This document shows, piece by piece, positions 11,936-25,800 of a DNA stretch of 64,000 bases; positions within the stretch are counted from its first letter, which is position 1; each line of letters begins with the position of its first letter. Below the pieces are notes generated by a model. The model was not told the origin of the DNA. It ran no database searches and worked only from the letters and a program-made list of their open reading frames with translations. The stretch is from the human T2T-CHM13v2.0 reference genome, Homo sapiens. A program made the translations under genes and the position numbers. The stretch lies in assembly GCF_009914755.1 (NCBI RefSeq), contig NC_060926.1. One strand, given 5' to 3'.

Positions 11936-14900
11936 GTCCAGTCTTATCGCCCAGGAATAATGCACCTCTCAGAAGAAATACTCTAGATTGTTTTGATGAA
12001 CTGCATAATGACCACCTAGCACACACCCACATAGCTGTGAAAACATGTGAGTAATGGGCCTTCTCCTCTCTTTGAAGATGACCATGAATGGAAGATGAGA
12101 GAGAAACCACTGCATTGAGTATTATAGTTTCATTTTCTTCACTCTTTTATTTTCTAAATGCACTAGTTGCTGATCTGCCTAGTTCTGCAACACACTAAAG
12201 GGTAAACCTGGTGATAGATGTGGGAAGGTGAGGGGGTGGGGGAGGAGGGGTGTTCAGTGGATTTTCCCAAGGAAAGTCTATGCATCAACAGTAGCCTACC
12301 CAACTTAGAAAAAAACAAAACAATAACAACAACAAAAAAAAAACAAGAAAAATGAACCCCCAGCATTTTTTTGCCTAAGCAATACAAAGGAGGCCACTGG
12401 CTCACTATTTCAGGACAGGAGAGGTGCAGCATGAGGTCACATCAGCTTAATTGGAGAGTACAGCTTACCCCTGGAAAGGGGTACACAGGTGACCTACACA
12501 GCAATTTCTTCAATATCACTGGTGTTAAAAATGCCAACTTCACTTTGACTTTCATGACACATGCTGTTCCTTTTCCTGCAAGGGCAAAAATTTGGAGCAA
12601 AGTGTTATAAACAAGACCCTTTTTCCAGGATGCTCCTGCAAAAGTGAACTCATGGTTGCTTTAGAGTTGAAAATCGCTCTTCAAAGAGGTAGTCTATGGA
12701 AATCTTAGAACTGTCATGAACGAAATGGTCTTTTCATTGGAATATACTAGAGAGATTATTCAACTCACAATGATGGGATTTTTCTTTATGCCACGTCTCG
12801 TGATGGCAGCCACATTATCTAGCCTGTATTCTGCTCTGTGAGGATCTTGGGTTTTATGCAGACATTTATGAGGTGAGACAGCAGAGGGCTGTACCTGAGG
12901 ACACACAGCTCAGGACAAAGCTCTAATTTGCCTGTTTACATTAATCAGCAGGCAGGAGAAGTGGTTTATCAAAGAGGCAGCCCTGCATTTCCTTCCCTTT
13001 CCATACCTTTCACACTTCCCATAGAAAATGCTCCTCCCCTGGTTGCAGCTTTCTGTAGCCAGAGGGCCCTGTGTATCCTTTCTCACCTTACTTTGTACAT
13101 CCAGCTGAGCAAAGTTTATTATTCTGTTTTATGTACCATAATCTGTCATGGCTGAGTTTGTTATAACAAGATCTGAACAGATGGGGAATGGTTTGCTCAA
13201 GAATTACTTGCATATGAGTGACATATAGAAAAAAATTGGAAGCTGGAATGCAATCCCTGCAATACAATCCCAAACTCGTTATCCTCCCCACAGGATGCCC
13301 GTGTATCTTGCCCCCACATGAAGGTGTTAATGACTATTCCAAAGACCTATCAAGGAGTGTAGTCCTCTGGTAGAGAGCATACATACAAATAAAGGAGTCA
13401 TACAGCACCAGAGAAAGGCAGCAACAATTTTTTGTCATAACTTGTCTTTCTAGTACATAGTTTTTTCCTGTCAAGTGACACATACTTGAAATACACAAAC
13501 ACAATCAGTTAACAAGGGAATAAAGATACTGCAAATAAAGCAATTTCCTTAGAACTGGAAAATCTCCAGAATTGGATAGATTCTTATCAGCATTTGATAA
13601 ACTTTTTTTTTAAACACCTACTGAGTCCAATTTCGTAGTCCTCCGAAGTTCTTGCTAAGCATAACAGAGAAGATAATCAGAAATCCTTGTGCACAATATG
13701 CTGCCTAAAAGAGTATTAAAAAAAAAAAAAACAGTTCAGGCAATGAGGGCGCCATTAATCCTCTAATCCAACTGCCTGTATTTCTGTTGATTTCAGAAAA
13801 AAAAATGCCATATTAAGTTGTTAGTGCCCTCTACTCCAAAGAGATCATACAAATACATTTTAAAAATCCTTGTCTGCACAAGTTCTCTGTGGTTTAGTAT
13901 GTTTTACAGTGACTGCTCAGTTAGATCCAGCCTGAAGCCATTTCTACATTTAAAAAACTATAGCATTAACTATATGATCTTTCAACAGCATTTATGGTCA
14001 AACTACATATTCTCTGCAGGACCTAAAATAACATGAATGGAGAAAATGAAGAAAATAAAGAGAAAATGAAATTTTACTTTTTATGAGATTCTTTCATGGG
14101 CTCCTCCTTTTGAAATGTACTATGTCTTTTAATCTACTTACCCACATCTTAGGCACTTTTCATCTCTGTCAAACCTGCTCTGAGATCTTTTTTACATATC
14201 AAAACTAGGGCATCATTTTTTGCCAGTATCTCAAAAGTTAACACTTGATTAAACTAAACCTCTATTGTCCTTTTCTGTTTTAGGTGAAATAGTTTCTTCT
14301 GTACAAGTAACATTGATTTCTTGAAGGTTAAAAACCATTGACTTTCATCTTCTATAGTTAACACTAAATATCATGAAATAAATAAATGCTAACTTCCTTA
14401 GTTAATACTTAATAGTAGAAGATCAATGTTTAAATTTCCTTTCTTATGGCCAATTTATACCACACCTCCTGAGAAACAGCACAAGGAATAGGAAGCTGTT
14501 TACTGAATGATTAGAACTCAAGATTTTTCATGAGTTGTGGTAACAGCAGATTTGAAGGTGTACTTTCTAGATATCGCACTACTCCACAGGTAGCTTAATG
14601 TCTTCTGAAAAGTTGAGCTTCAAACTTAGCATCCTGAAATTTTAATTGGTGCTCTACACTCTGAGTTCAGCATGGTTAGAAATCTAGAGTTTTAACACTG
14701 GAAACTTTCCCCACTGTGACTCACAAACGTTGCCAATCACATTCCAAAGCTACTCTAAAAAATGAGTCACCCAGGTAATGACACTTAACATTTCAACAGC
14801 TCCTTATCCCTGTTAGTTAATTATCCTGCAACACAGAAAATGACAATGGTTCTTATTTAAGAGGAAAATGAATGGTTTTGCTAAAGTTGAGAAAGTTGGT

Positions 14901-15447
14901 GAAATTGGACCCTAGAACACTGGGCATTTTGCCTCATATATCCCTGAGGGGATACATTTGCTCACTTCTTCGTTCTCTCCTCCCTAGCCATGCTAGCAAC
15001 AAGAACTTTTCCCCTCAGCTATGCTGGCCTCTATTTACCAAGAATTCGGCAAGTATTCTTTCTTCAAACTTTCATCAAACTTTTCTTGCATTGCTTCCAT
15101 GAACAAAGTAAATGACAGTGAGCAATTGAGGAGCATCAGACCAATGATTCTCATCTTTGCCTAAAATTAGGAAAACAATAATGGCTTGAACAGAAGAAGC
15201 AGCTGAAGGAAAACCGCATAGGGCCTTGCTGGTTTCCCACCAAATCTTTCACCTACCTAAGCACTGTCACTTACTCATCAACCCACCATCATCACCATCC
15301 CCATGGCTACACACAGGCACATATACACACCATGAATTACATATCTAGGGCTTTCAAAATGTGCTTTAAATATACATACTTAGTATCATATTCTTGTATG
15401 TTTTATAACTCACTTTTTTCTTAACAGTATGCATTTTAATTTCTCCA

Positions 15448-15570
15448 GAAGAGAAAGAGAGAAAAAGGGAGAAAGAAAGAGAGAAAAGAGGAAAGAAAGA
15501 AAGAAGAAAAGGGAAGGGAAAGGAAGGGAAAAGAAGCAGGAAAAAAATAAAGAAGAAAGGAAAGAAGGAA
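15448..15570 (+). repeat. GA-rich low-complexity tract
   Basis: Almost pure A/G sequence. Confidence 0.9.
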
Positions 15571-15789
15571 TAAAATTTATTTATTTCAAATGCTCTAAAG
15601 TACTGTGAGACTGTTACATTTTATTAATTAAACTTAGTGTCCTGATAATTCATCATTAGGCTCGTTCCAGGTTATTTTCACAATTGCATACAATGTGTCC
15701 ATGCTGGATGTGATGCGTGACCTTTTTATTCCTGCATCATTTATTAGTTTATCTTTACCTCACTGATTTGCTATTTTGTAAATAAGAAA

Positions 15790-16030
15790 ATTTTATGCCG
15801 TTATCTTTTTAAATATTTCTTCTTCCCAGTTCTCATTTACCTCATGTTTTTGAACTATAAGGAGTGTTTTGGATCTTCCTAGATATCTTCTGTCTCTCCT
15901 AACTTCTTTTTTATTTCTTCTGTCTCTTTATATTTTAGGCTACATTCTTGACGATGATTCAGATCTATGATCTAGTTCACTAACTTTTTCTTTAGCTGTG
16001 CTATATTTCCATTTAACTCATATTGAGCTG
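15790..16030 (-). mobile_element. Old L1M fragment; apparently resumes at ~19410-19700 after the L1PA insertion
   Basis: gatctagttcactaactttttctttagctgtg is antisense L1M ORF1-like. Confidence 0.5.
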
Positions 16031-16595
16031 TTATTTCTTTTCTTCTTTTTTAAATTTAACTTTCTTTTTTAAAATTTCAACATTCATTGTAGGCTTGGGG
16101 GGTACATGTGTAGGTTTGTAACATGGGTATCCTGCACCCAGGTAGTGAGCATAGTACCTAATAGATAGTTTTTCGACCCTTTCCCCTCTAGTAGTCCCAG
16201 GTCTATTGTTCCCATCTTTCTGTCCACATGGACATAATATATGCCCAGCTCTCACTTCTAAGCGAGAACATGCAGTATTTGATTTTCTGTTCCTGTGTTA
16301 ATTCACTTAGGATAATGACCTCCAGCTGCATCCATGTTGCTGCAAATGACATGATTTTGTTTATTATGGCTGCATACTATTTTATGGCATATATGTACCA
16401 CATATTCTTTACCTAGTCCATTATTGAAAGGCTTCTAGATTGATTCCATATCTTTCTTGTTGTAAATAGCTCTGCGATGAATATATGTGCACATGTGTCT
16501 CTATGGTAAAATGATTTATATTTCTTTGGGAGTATACCCAATTATGGAATTGCTGAGTTGAATGGTAATTCTGCTTTGAGTTCTTTGAGAAATTA

Positions 16596-17246
<651 letters not shown>

Positions 17247-20200
17247 TTACCCACTTTTTAATAGGGTTGTTTTTTGCTTGTTGAATTGTTTAAATTCCTT
17301 ATAGATTCTGGATATTAGACTTTTGTTGGATGCACAGTTTGTGAATATTTTCTCCATTCTGTAGGTCGTCTGTTAAATCTGTTGATAGTTTCTTTTGCTG
17401 TGCAGAAGCTCTTTACTTTAATTAGGTCCCACTTGTCAATGTTTTGTTGTCATTGCTTTTGAGGACTTAGTCATGAATTTCCAAGGTTGATGTCCAGAAT
17501 GGTGTTTCTTAGGATTTCTTCTAGGATTATTATAGTTTTAGATCTTACATTTAAGTCTTTAATCCATTGTGAGTTAATTTTTGTACATGATGAAAGGTAG
17601 TGGTCCAGTTTTATTCTCTTGCACATGGCTATCCAGTTATCCCACCACCGTTTATGGAAAATGGAGTCCCTTCCCCATTTCTTGTTTTTGTCAACTTTGT
17701 TGAAGATAAGATGGTTGTAGGTTTGTGGCTTCATTTATGGGTTTTCTATCCTGTTCCATTGGTCTATGTACCTATATTTGTATCAGACTGAAGCCTTTTA
17801 GTATAGTTTTAAGTTCAGTAATGTGATGCCTCTGGCTTTGTTCTTTTTGCTTAGGATGATTTTAGCTATTATTCAGGCTCATTTTTGTTTCCAGTGAATT
17901 TTAGAATAGTTTTTTCTATTTCAGTGAAAAGCGATGTTGGTAGTTTGATAGAAATAGCATTGAATCTGTATATTGCTTTGGGCGTGTGGTCATTTTAACA
18001 ATATTGATTCTTTCAATCCATGAGCATGGCATGTTTCTCCATTTGTTTGTGTCATCTATGATTTCTTTCAGCAGTGTTTTGTAGTTGTCCTTGTAGAGAT
18101 CTTTCACCTGCTTGGTTAGATGTATTCCTTGGTATTTTTTTTTTTCTGGCTATTGTAAATGGAATTGCATTCTTGATTTGTCTCTCAGCTTAAACATTAT
18201 TGGTGTACAGAAATACTACTGATTTTTGTACATTGATTTTGTATTCTGAAACTTTACTGAAGTCATTTAAAAATTCTAGAAGCCTTTTGGCTGAGTCTTT
18301 AGATTTTTCTAGGTATAAAATAATATTATCAATGAAGAGAGATAATTTGACTTTTTCTTTTACGATTTGAATGCCTTTTATTTCTTTCTCTTGCCTGATT
18401 GCTCTGGCTAGGACTTCCAGTGCTATGCTGAATAGGGGTGGGGAGAGTTAGCATGCTTGTCTCCCTCCAGTTCTCTCGGGGAATGCTTCTAGCTTTTGCC
18501 CATTCAGTATGATATTGGCTGTGGGTTTATCATAGATGGCTCTCATTATTTTGAGGTATATTCCTTCAATGCCTGGTTTGTTGAGGGTTTTTATCATGAA
18601 GAGTCTTTTTTTTTTATTTTATTGAAAGCTTTTTCTGTGTCTGTTGAGATGATCATATGGTTTTTGTTTTTAATTCTGTTTATGTGGTGAATCACACTTG
18701 ATGATTTGCGTATGTTGAACCAATCCCGCATCCCAGGAATAAAGCCCACTTGATCACGGTGAATTAACTTTTCGATGTCCTGCTGGATTTGGCTTGCTAG
18801 TATTTTTGTCAATAATTTTTGCATCTATGTTCATCAGGGATATTGGCTTGTAGCTTTCTTCTTGTGTTTTTTCCTGATTTTTGTATCAGAATGATGCTGG
18901 CTTCATACCGTGAGTTGAAAAGGAGTCCCTTCTCCTCAGTTTCTGGAAATAGTTTCAGTAGAATACATACCAGACCTTCCCTGTATAGCTGGTAGAATTC
19001 AGCTGTGAATCCATCTAGTATGAGGCTCTTTTTGGTTGGTAGGTTTTCTATTAATGATTCAACTTCAGAACTCAATATTGGTCTGTTCAGGGTTTTAATT
19101 TCTTTTTGATTCAGTCTTGAAAGGTTGAGTGTTTCCAGGAGTTTATCCATTTCCTTTAGATGTTCTAGTTTGCATGCATAGATGTGTTCATAATAAACTT
19201 TGAGGATCTTTATTTCTGTGGTATCAGTTGTAACTTCACTTTTGTCATTTGTGATTGCAGATATTTGTATATTCTCTGTTTTTTGTTAACCCAGCTAGCA
19301 GTCTATCAGTCTTGTTTATTCTTTCAAAGAACCAGATTTTGCTTTTGTTTATCCTTTGTATGAATTTTTGGGTCTCACTTTTATTCAATTTTGTGAATGC
19401 ATCAGATCTTATCTCTTATCTATTTTCATTTCAATGGCTATATTTGTTATTGGTTGAATTTTTTGCTCCTAATATCCTCTTTTTTGGTTAATAGGCTCTA
19501 TTTTCTTAATCTTATTAAAAATTAGAAACATACTTTTCCATTTTCTCTTTATTGTTGTTCCTTTAGCTCTGGTGTTTGCTTGTAAATTTTCCTATTAATT
19601 GAATCTATTACTTTTTGCCCAAACCAATGGTATTCTCATATGTTTCTAATTTTTTCTCATGAGCTTTTCTTGGTAGAAGATATCTTACTTGAGAATAGGA
19701 TTCCAAAGCAAATCCTATACTTGTCCTTTCAAGTTTTGAATCCTGGAGAAAAAGTACATTTGTTTTAACACAAGTAACTTATTTTCCATTCTTGGCCTAG
19801 GCCATGTGACTTACTTTTACAGTGTGTTCAAATCTCAATGGGCAATGTTTCTTTATGCTACAGTATCAAAAGGGCTATAATTTATACAGTAAGCCTTGTT
19901 CCCACTTCTTCCTTCATACAGTGCCTGCAGCTTTGACATCCACACCAACATAGGCAGACATCCTTAAGTATGAACCTATAGTCCTCTTGGTGCCAATGTC
20001 TAATCTTCATGGATTTAAGTTTCTTCTTCATTTCTGGCACTAGAAATATCTTTTCATTAATTTGAATGTCTTCTATTAGTTTAAAATTGGGCATGTGGGA
20101 TGAAGGCTTTCTTCCCAGATATACTTGGTCAGTTCTTAGTCTCTTTTCTTCCCCACATCCTTATATAAGTCATATACTATTTCCTTATAAATGCCTGGAT

Positions 20201-22428
20201 CAACCTCTTAACTCTCTTTTCCTTTCTGCTTATGTATTGGTTGCCCTTACATTATTACCATAGTGTTTTAATTAATAAATTACATAATATCTTAATATTT
20301 AAAAGGGCAAGATTCACTCACCCTGCTTACTGAAAATTCCCTTGGCTATTCTTAAACCTTTAATTCTCTGTAGGAATTGTGGAAAAGTCAGTTTGTGGTA
20401 GATTTATTATAATTTATAATTTATTATTTATTATAATTATGGTAACCATTACCACAAAGGTATAGGAAATCATACCCAGATAAATATTTGTTGATGGCAC
20501 TGTGACCAATCCCACTCATAAGACTGCTTCATTACTAAATTATAGCAGCAGGCTACTATGTGTGGTTTAACTGGGACTTTCAAAAGCAAACTGAAGTTCC
20601 ACTTCTGTCTTCCTGTTCCTTAGAAACATAGCCAGAATGGTACTGAGACAAGTGAGTAGGTAGCCTATCCATCAATGGGAAGATGGACCTTTCAGAAATG
20701 AATACATTCTTCCTATGGAAAGGTTAGGACTTGAAAGTGCCAAGGCCTCAAAGAGCAACTCTGTGGAGGAATTATTGCCATATTCACTTATTAGGGAAAG
20801 ACAAACACCAGGGTTATCTTCAGTTAATATTTATAAGCTTCTAAGTTAAAGCAGTAACTGAGATTTTTGAACTCAAGAACAGTTCTTATTAAGTGATTGG
20901 CCATTGATAAAAGAAGGCTGGACTGAGAGGTGTGTAAAGTTTATTCCTTTCACTGCATCATACCCTTTTATTTATTTATTTTTTCCTGTACCTGTTCAAC
21001 ACAAGCAGCGCAACATCTTCCAGGCTGTGACAATAAGAAAGGTGTCAGCATGCACTGGGGTCGCAAGTGGAGGCTTTGTTCAGCTCTCAGAGCCTGGCTA
21101 ATGTCTCAGTTCTGGGAAAAGGAGGGATGTGCGGAGAATGTCAAGAAGGAGAATGAATCACCACGCAGATCTTCATCAATCTTACCCATGGATTTTTAGC
21201 ACAAATAGGAGCAGGTAACTGTGGTAACTCTAACCATGTTACAAGGACAGTGTATTATCACAAAATTACTAATTTTTTGAGGCGACAGTACAATTTACAC
21301 ATCTCCAGTCCCATCTCTAATTGTCTGACACTTATTTGGTGCTGAAAAGAAGCACACAGCAGGAGAGGGTCTGAGAGGTGAGCCAAACAGGGACAACTTT
21401 CAGAAGCCACAGTGGGCTTGCAGGACTTCCCAAGGAAAGGTGGCAAAAGGGGAAAAAGCCTCGTTTCTGATGGGAAAAGAGATTTTTGAGACAGAAAGCA
21501 CTGTTTGATAGAGGTAATATACAAATTGGGACCATATCTGCTTTTTCTTACTCATAGGGATGCTGTGAGGGAATTTGAGATCCTGGAGAAATGCTTTGTA
21601 AATCCAGAGTGTTGAGATGTAAGGGAGGCCGACGTATTTTGGGGGCTTCCATCAGGGATGGATGGTTAGCAGCTTCTCCATCTTATTGGATAATTCATTG
21701 ATTCCATTCTTCCCCTTGCTTTTTTTTGATGTTTTATCTTTTAAGACCTCTAAGTGGCTGATCAAGCCTAGGCTTCCTGCTTTTGTCCTGTAAATATTTT
21801 GGCAGACAAGCAAAAAATGACGAGAGTGGTGACAGCCATCTTCTGCTGTCACAAAAGCAACTGAGAGCTTCCCAAGTTAATAGAATCTCACCCTAGATGG
21901 ATTCAAGTCAGACTGAGCCATATGCAACAAAGAACACTGCCTCTTCTCAGCCCCCGCAAAACCCCAAAAGTAAAGGGAACAACAAACTTGGAAAATCCCA
22001 CCTTAGAAGTTAAATGCAAACAGCAGCCACTTAATGTTGTAAAGCAGAAAAATATTCATAAACCTATGACGATGAATCACATGAATACTTGGTGGAATTA
22101 AAAGATAGCACCTAGTAATAAGGAACTTCAATTATCTTACTGGAATGTATACACACAAGAATGCACACACATCTGTGCGTAAAGAAAATTAACATGACAA
22201 AGCAACATTATTCTTGATCAACTGTCAAATACAGGATGCTCACATAAAAATATGCTCTGAAATTTCAGAGAAATTCTTTTCTGTTGATGAAGAAGCAAGC
22301 AAACAACACTCTGTGGAGGAGGCCTCAATGAAGAAGACCTTGAAATACCTATATATATATATATGTTGTCATTGTGTGTTTCTTATTATTTGTGTCTCCT
22401 AGAATATATATTGCTAATACATAGCAAT

Positions 22429-22610
22429 ATATATTCCAGGAGACACAATAAGAAACAAACAAACAAAAAAGAAGGCATTTAATGTCATGTCAAGGAATGG
22501 TAGGTTCCTTGAAGAAAAATTAAGCAGAGTGGGAGGGTAGAGAGTTACAGAGTCATTGTGATAAATAAGATGATCAAAGAAGTCCTGTGTAACATTTAGG
22601 AAGGAACCAG
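22429..22610 (-). repeat. Locally duplicated L2 segment (copy of ~24384-24553)
   Basis: 29-nt identity ggcatttaatgtcatgtcaaggaatggta at 22474-22502 and 24427-24455, with colinear flanks. Confidence 0.85.
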
Positions 22611-22860
22611 ATTGATATGTAAACAAAGAGAGAGAATGGGGAGGGGAGGGGAGGGGAGATATAGACAGATCACTTGGAGATATCATTAGTGAGAGCTCTA
22701 CAGTGAGACTGAACAATGCTTCTTAAGAAGACAGTAGAATCACATAAGTGGGAACAGAGGGTCTGTGAAAGAGAGAAGAGCAAAATTTTCAAGAGTCATT
22801 TAGTGAGATTGTGGAGCATCCTCCCACCAGGATACAAAGAAGAATCAAAAGAATTAAGAA

Positions 22861-23395
22861 AGATATTAGTCTTTTGTCAGATGCATAGTTTGCAGTCATT
22901 ATATGAAAAAGACACTTGCACACACATTTATAGTAGCACAATTCACAATTGCATTGTGAAAACATGGAATCAGCCTAAATGTCCATCAACCAACGAGTGG
23001 ATAAAGAAAATGTGCTATATATACCATGGACTACTACTCAGCCATAAAAAGGAACAAAAATAATGGCATTCACAGCAACCTGGAAGGCGTGGGAGACCAT
23101 TATTTTAAGTGAAGTAACTCAGGAATGGAAAACCAAATATTGTATGTTCTCACTTATAAGTGGGAGCTAAGCTATGAGGTTGTAAAGGCCTAAGAATAAT
23201 ATAATGGACTTTGGGGATTCAGGGAGAAGGGTGGGAGGGGGTGCAGGATAAAAGACTACACATTGGGTACAGTGTACACTGTTTGGGTGATGGGTGCACC
23301 AAAATCTCAGAAATTACCACTAAAGAAATCATCCATGTAACCAAATGCCAACTGTTCCCCCCAAACTATTGAGATTTAACATAAAAATAAAAAAG
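22861..23395 (+). mobile_element. L1PB (L1PB1-like) 3' end with a short inverted 5' segment
   Basis: L1PB 3' UTR (gaagtaactcaggaatggaaaaccaaa; aaaagactacacattgggtacagtgtacac); TSD aaagaattaag at 22848-22858 and 23396-23406. Confidence 0.9.
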
Positions 23396-24280
23396 AAAGA
23401 ATTAAGGAGGAGAGATTTATTCATCATACACAACATCAAGCAGCCCCAACCACTGGCGGCAGCAAGTGAATGAAAGGAAGATGAGTCTCAGGCATATTAG
23501 AATTGATGCTTTACCCAGAGGTTGCTGGCCAATCATGTGTGATTTTAACTAAACGTTTGTAGTTTGTTGTAATATTTAGTGTTTCAATAGTTCTTATCAA
23601 ATAAGCTTGTCGACAATATGCTTTACCTGGTGACAACTTTGTTGAATCATTTTTACTGCATCTCTATAAGAGAATAAAGACTCTGGAGGAGTCTGCAATG
23701 GGCATGACTTGCCATAACTCCAACAAGATTTTAATTCTTTTAGAATGAAACTGTCAAAGAAACTAATTGGAAAAATAGTTTACATCTACCTCCTATCAAA
23801 TCATTAGTCATCAAGATAATTGAGGTTAAAAAGGCCGGCATGATGTGTAATCTAGGGAGATATATATGGGTTGCTGTGGCTCCCAAGCTCACTCTGCATT
23901 TTGCTATGCATATCACACTTTTATAGTGGCCATAAGCAAGGACTGAATAACTAATTAAGTGGCAAGTGAAAAATCAGAAATTATTCCATCTGCACCTGCT
24001 AAATTGCAATCATTAACTTGGCGTGCATTAAAAAATACAAGAAACTTAAAGAATAAACAAAAGAAAAGTATGATTTCAACAATAGAAAACAGCATCTAAA
24101 TGTTAATTTATTAGAATTGTTTATCAAGAGAGTTATTAAATAATATTTATCAAAAATATACATAAATTTAGCTAGAAATCCTAAGAAAATGTTGAGCCTC
24201 CCCAAATAAAAGCTGAGAGTAAAAATGATATTAAATGTTGGGAACCACATTTTAAGCTACATATTCACTTTATCCATAGA

Positions 24281-25800
24281 TTCATTCATTCAGTAAATAG
24301 TTACTGGGTGACTATCATATAGTAATTACTGTTTTAGGTATTGGACATACAGCAATGAACAAAAACAGTCTTCTCATGGAGCTTATATTCTAGGAGACAA
24401 AAATAATAAGAAACAAATAAAAATGTGGCATTTAATGTCATGTCAAGGAATGGTAATTTCCTTAAGGAAAAATTAAGCAGAGTAGGAGGATAGAGGCATT
24501 TTGTTAAATAAGGTGGTCTAAATAGGCCTGTATAACATCTAGGAAGACACCAGAACAAAGAGGGGAAGGTGGCCCTGAAAATACCTGGGGAAGCTTATCA
24601 TAGGCAGAAGCATTAGCAAGTACAAGTGTCTTCATAGGATCATGCTTGCTCAATGGAAGAGATAAAAAGCCAATGAAGCTGGAGCAGAGTGAGGAGGTAG
24701 AGAGTGGTGGATGAGTTACCCAGAAGCCCAAATGTGGGTCATTGAATTCATGTTAGGACCTGGAATTTGAATGTATATATGGTGGGAAGTATTAGAAAAG
24801 TTGTATGTAGAAGACTTACTTGATTCTTTTCAGGTAGTTCATTCAAGCCTTTCTTTGAAAAGTAAACTGAAGAAGGCAAGTATGAAAGTAGAGAAATCAG
24901 AGATTACTGCCATAATTTAGGTAGGAGGTTGTGGAACCTTGAACTGTGGTGGTAGCTATGGATATGGTGAAAGCGCTAAGTTTGGGAATAGATGTTGAAG
25001 TGAAGACCAACAGAATGGATTGATGCTGAGGGACTGAGAAAAAGAAATAAAAACTGATACCAAAATTTTTGGTTCAAACAGGTCAAGCATCATATTTGGT
25101 TGGGAACCCTGAAGGGATAGATCAAAGTGGATGTGGAGGGAATTGGTTGCTTGCTATGAAAATGTTAAGTATCTTGGAGAAAATACTCCAAGTGTGCTCA
25201 TTTCTGAATGTATTCCTCTTTTTTTGATTTTTGTGTCAGTCATTCCATTGCTTTTCATATATACCTGTAAGACATCCAAGTGGACAGACTGAGTAGGCAC
25301 TTGATTATAAATCTGCAGGTGCCTAAAGATCTTGGGTAGATAGAAACATTTAAGAGACTTCAGCGTGAAGATGCTAATTTAAAACAATGCAATTGGTTGA
25401 GAAGACATCTAAAGTAAATATAGATAGAGAAGCAATTACGTGGCCAAACCCAGGCCATTTCAAAATTAACAGGTTGCAAAATTGAGGAGAAATCAGCCAA
25501 GGAGACTGCAAATATAGACCAGAAAATTAAAAGAATTGGTGAGAGGTGTCCCAGAGGCCAGGTGAAATGCTTCAAGAAGGATGATGTGATAAATTGCACC
25601 AACTACAACTGATATGTCAAATAAGAGAAGACTGAGAAATAATGACCCAGTCTTTAAATGGGAGTCACAGGTATAAGTGGAAAAAACGTCAGTAGAAAAC
25701 TGAGTACAAAGTCTGGGTGCAGTGAGTTCAAGAGATAGTGAGAATGGAAAGTCCAGGAAGATTTGATGTGATAAAGAGAAGTGGGAAGATAACTGAAGGC
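24281..25800 (-). mobile_element. Long L2 fragment
   Basis: ttcattcattcagtaaatag is the reverse L2 3' terminus; gacatccaagtgga...gtaggcacttga and aggagaaatcagccaaggagactg are L2 motifs. Confidence 0.8.

Noticed and set aside
13756-13769. Tandem TAATCC (OTX/CRX/PITX) sites
   Set aside because: Two 6-mers alone are insufficient evidence
17471-19150. Reverse-transcriptase-like ORFs as a functional gene
   Set aside because: Fragmented, frameshifted ORF2 of a 5'-truncated L1
21652-21852. Lys-rich minus ORF (KDKTSKKSKGKNGINELSNKMEKLL)
   Set aside because: No recognisable homology, no clear splice sites, non-ATG start
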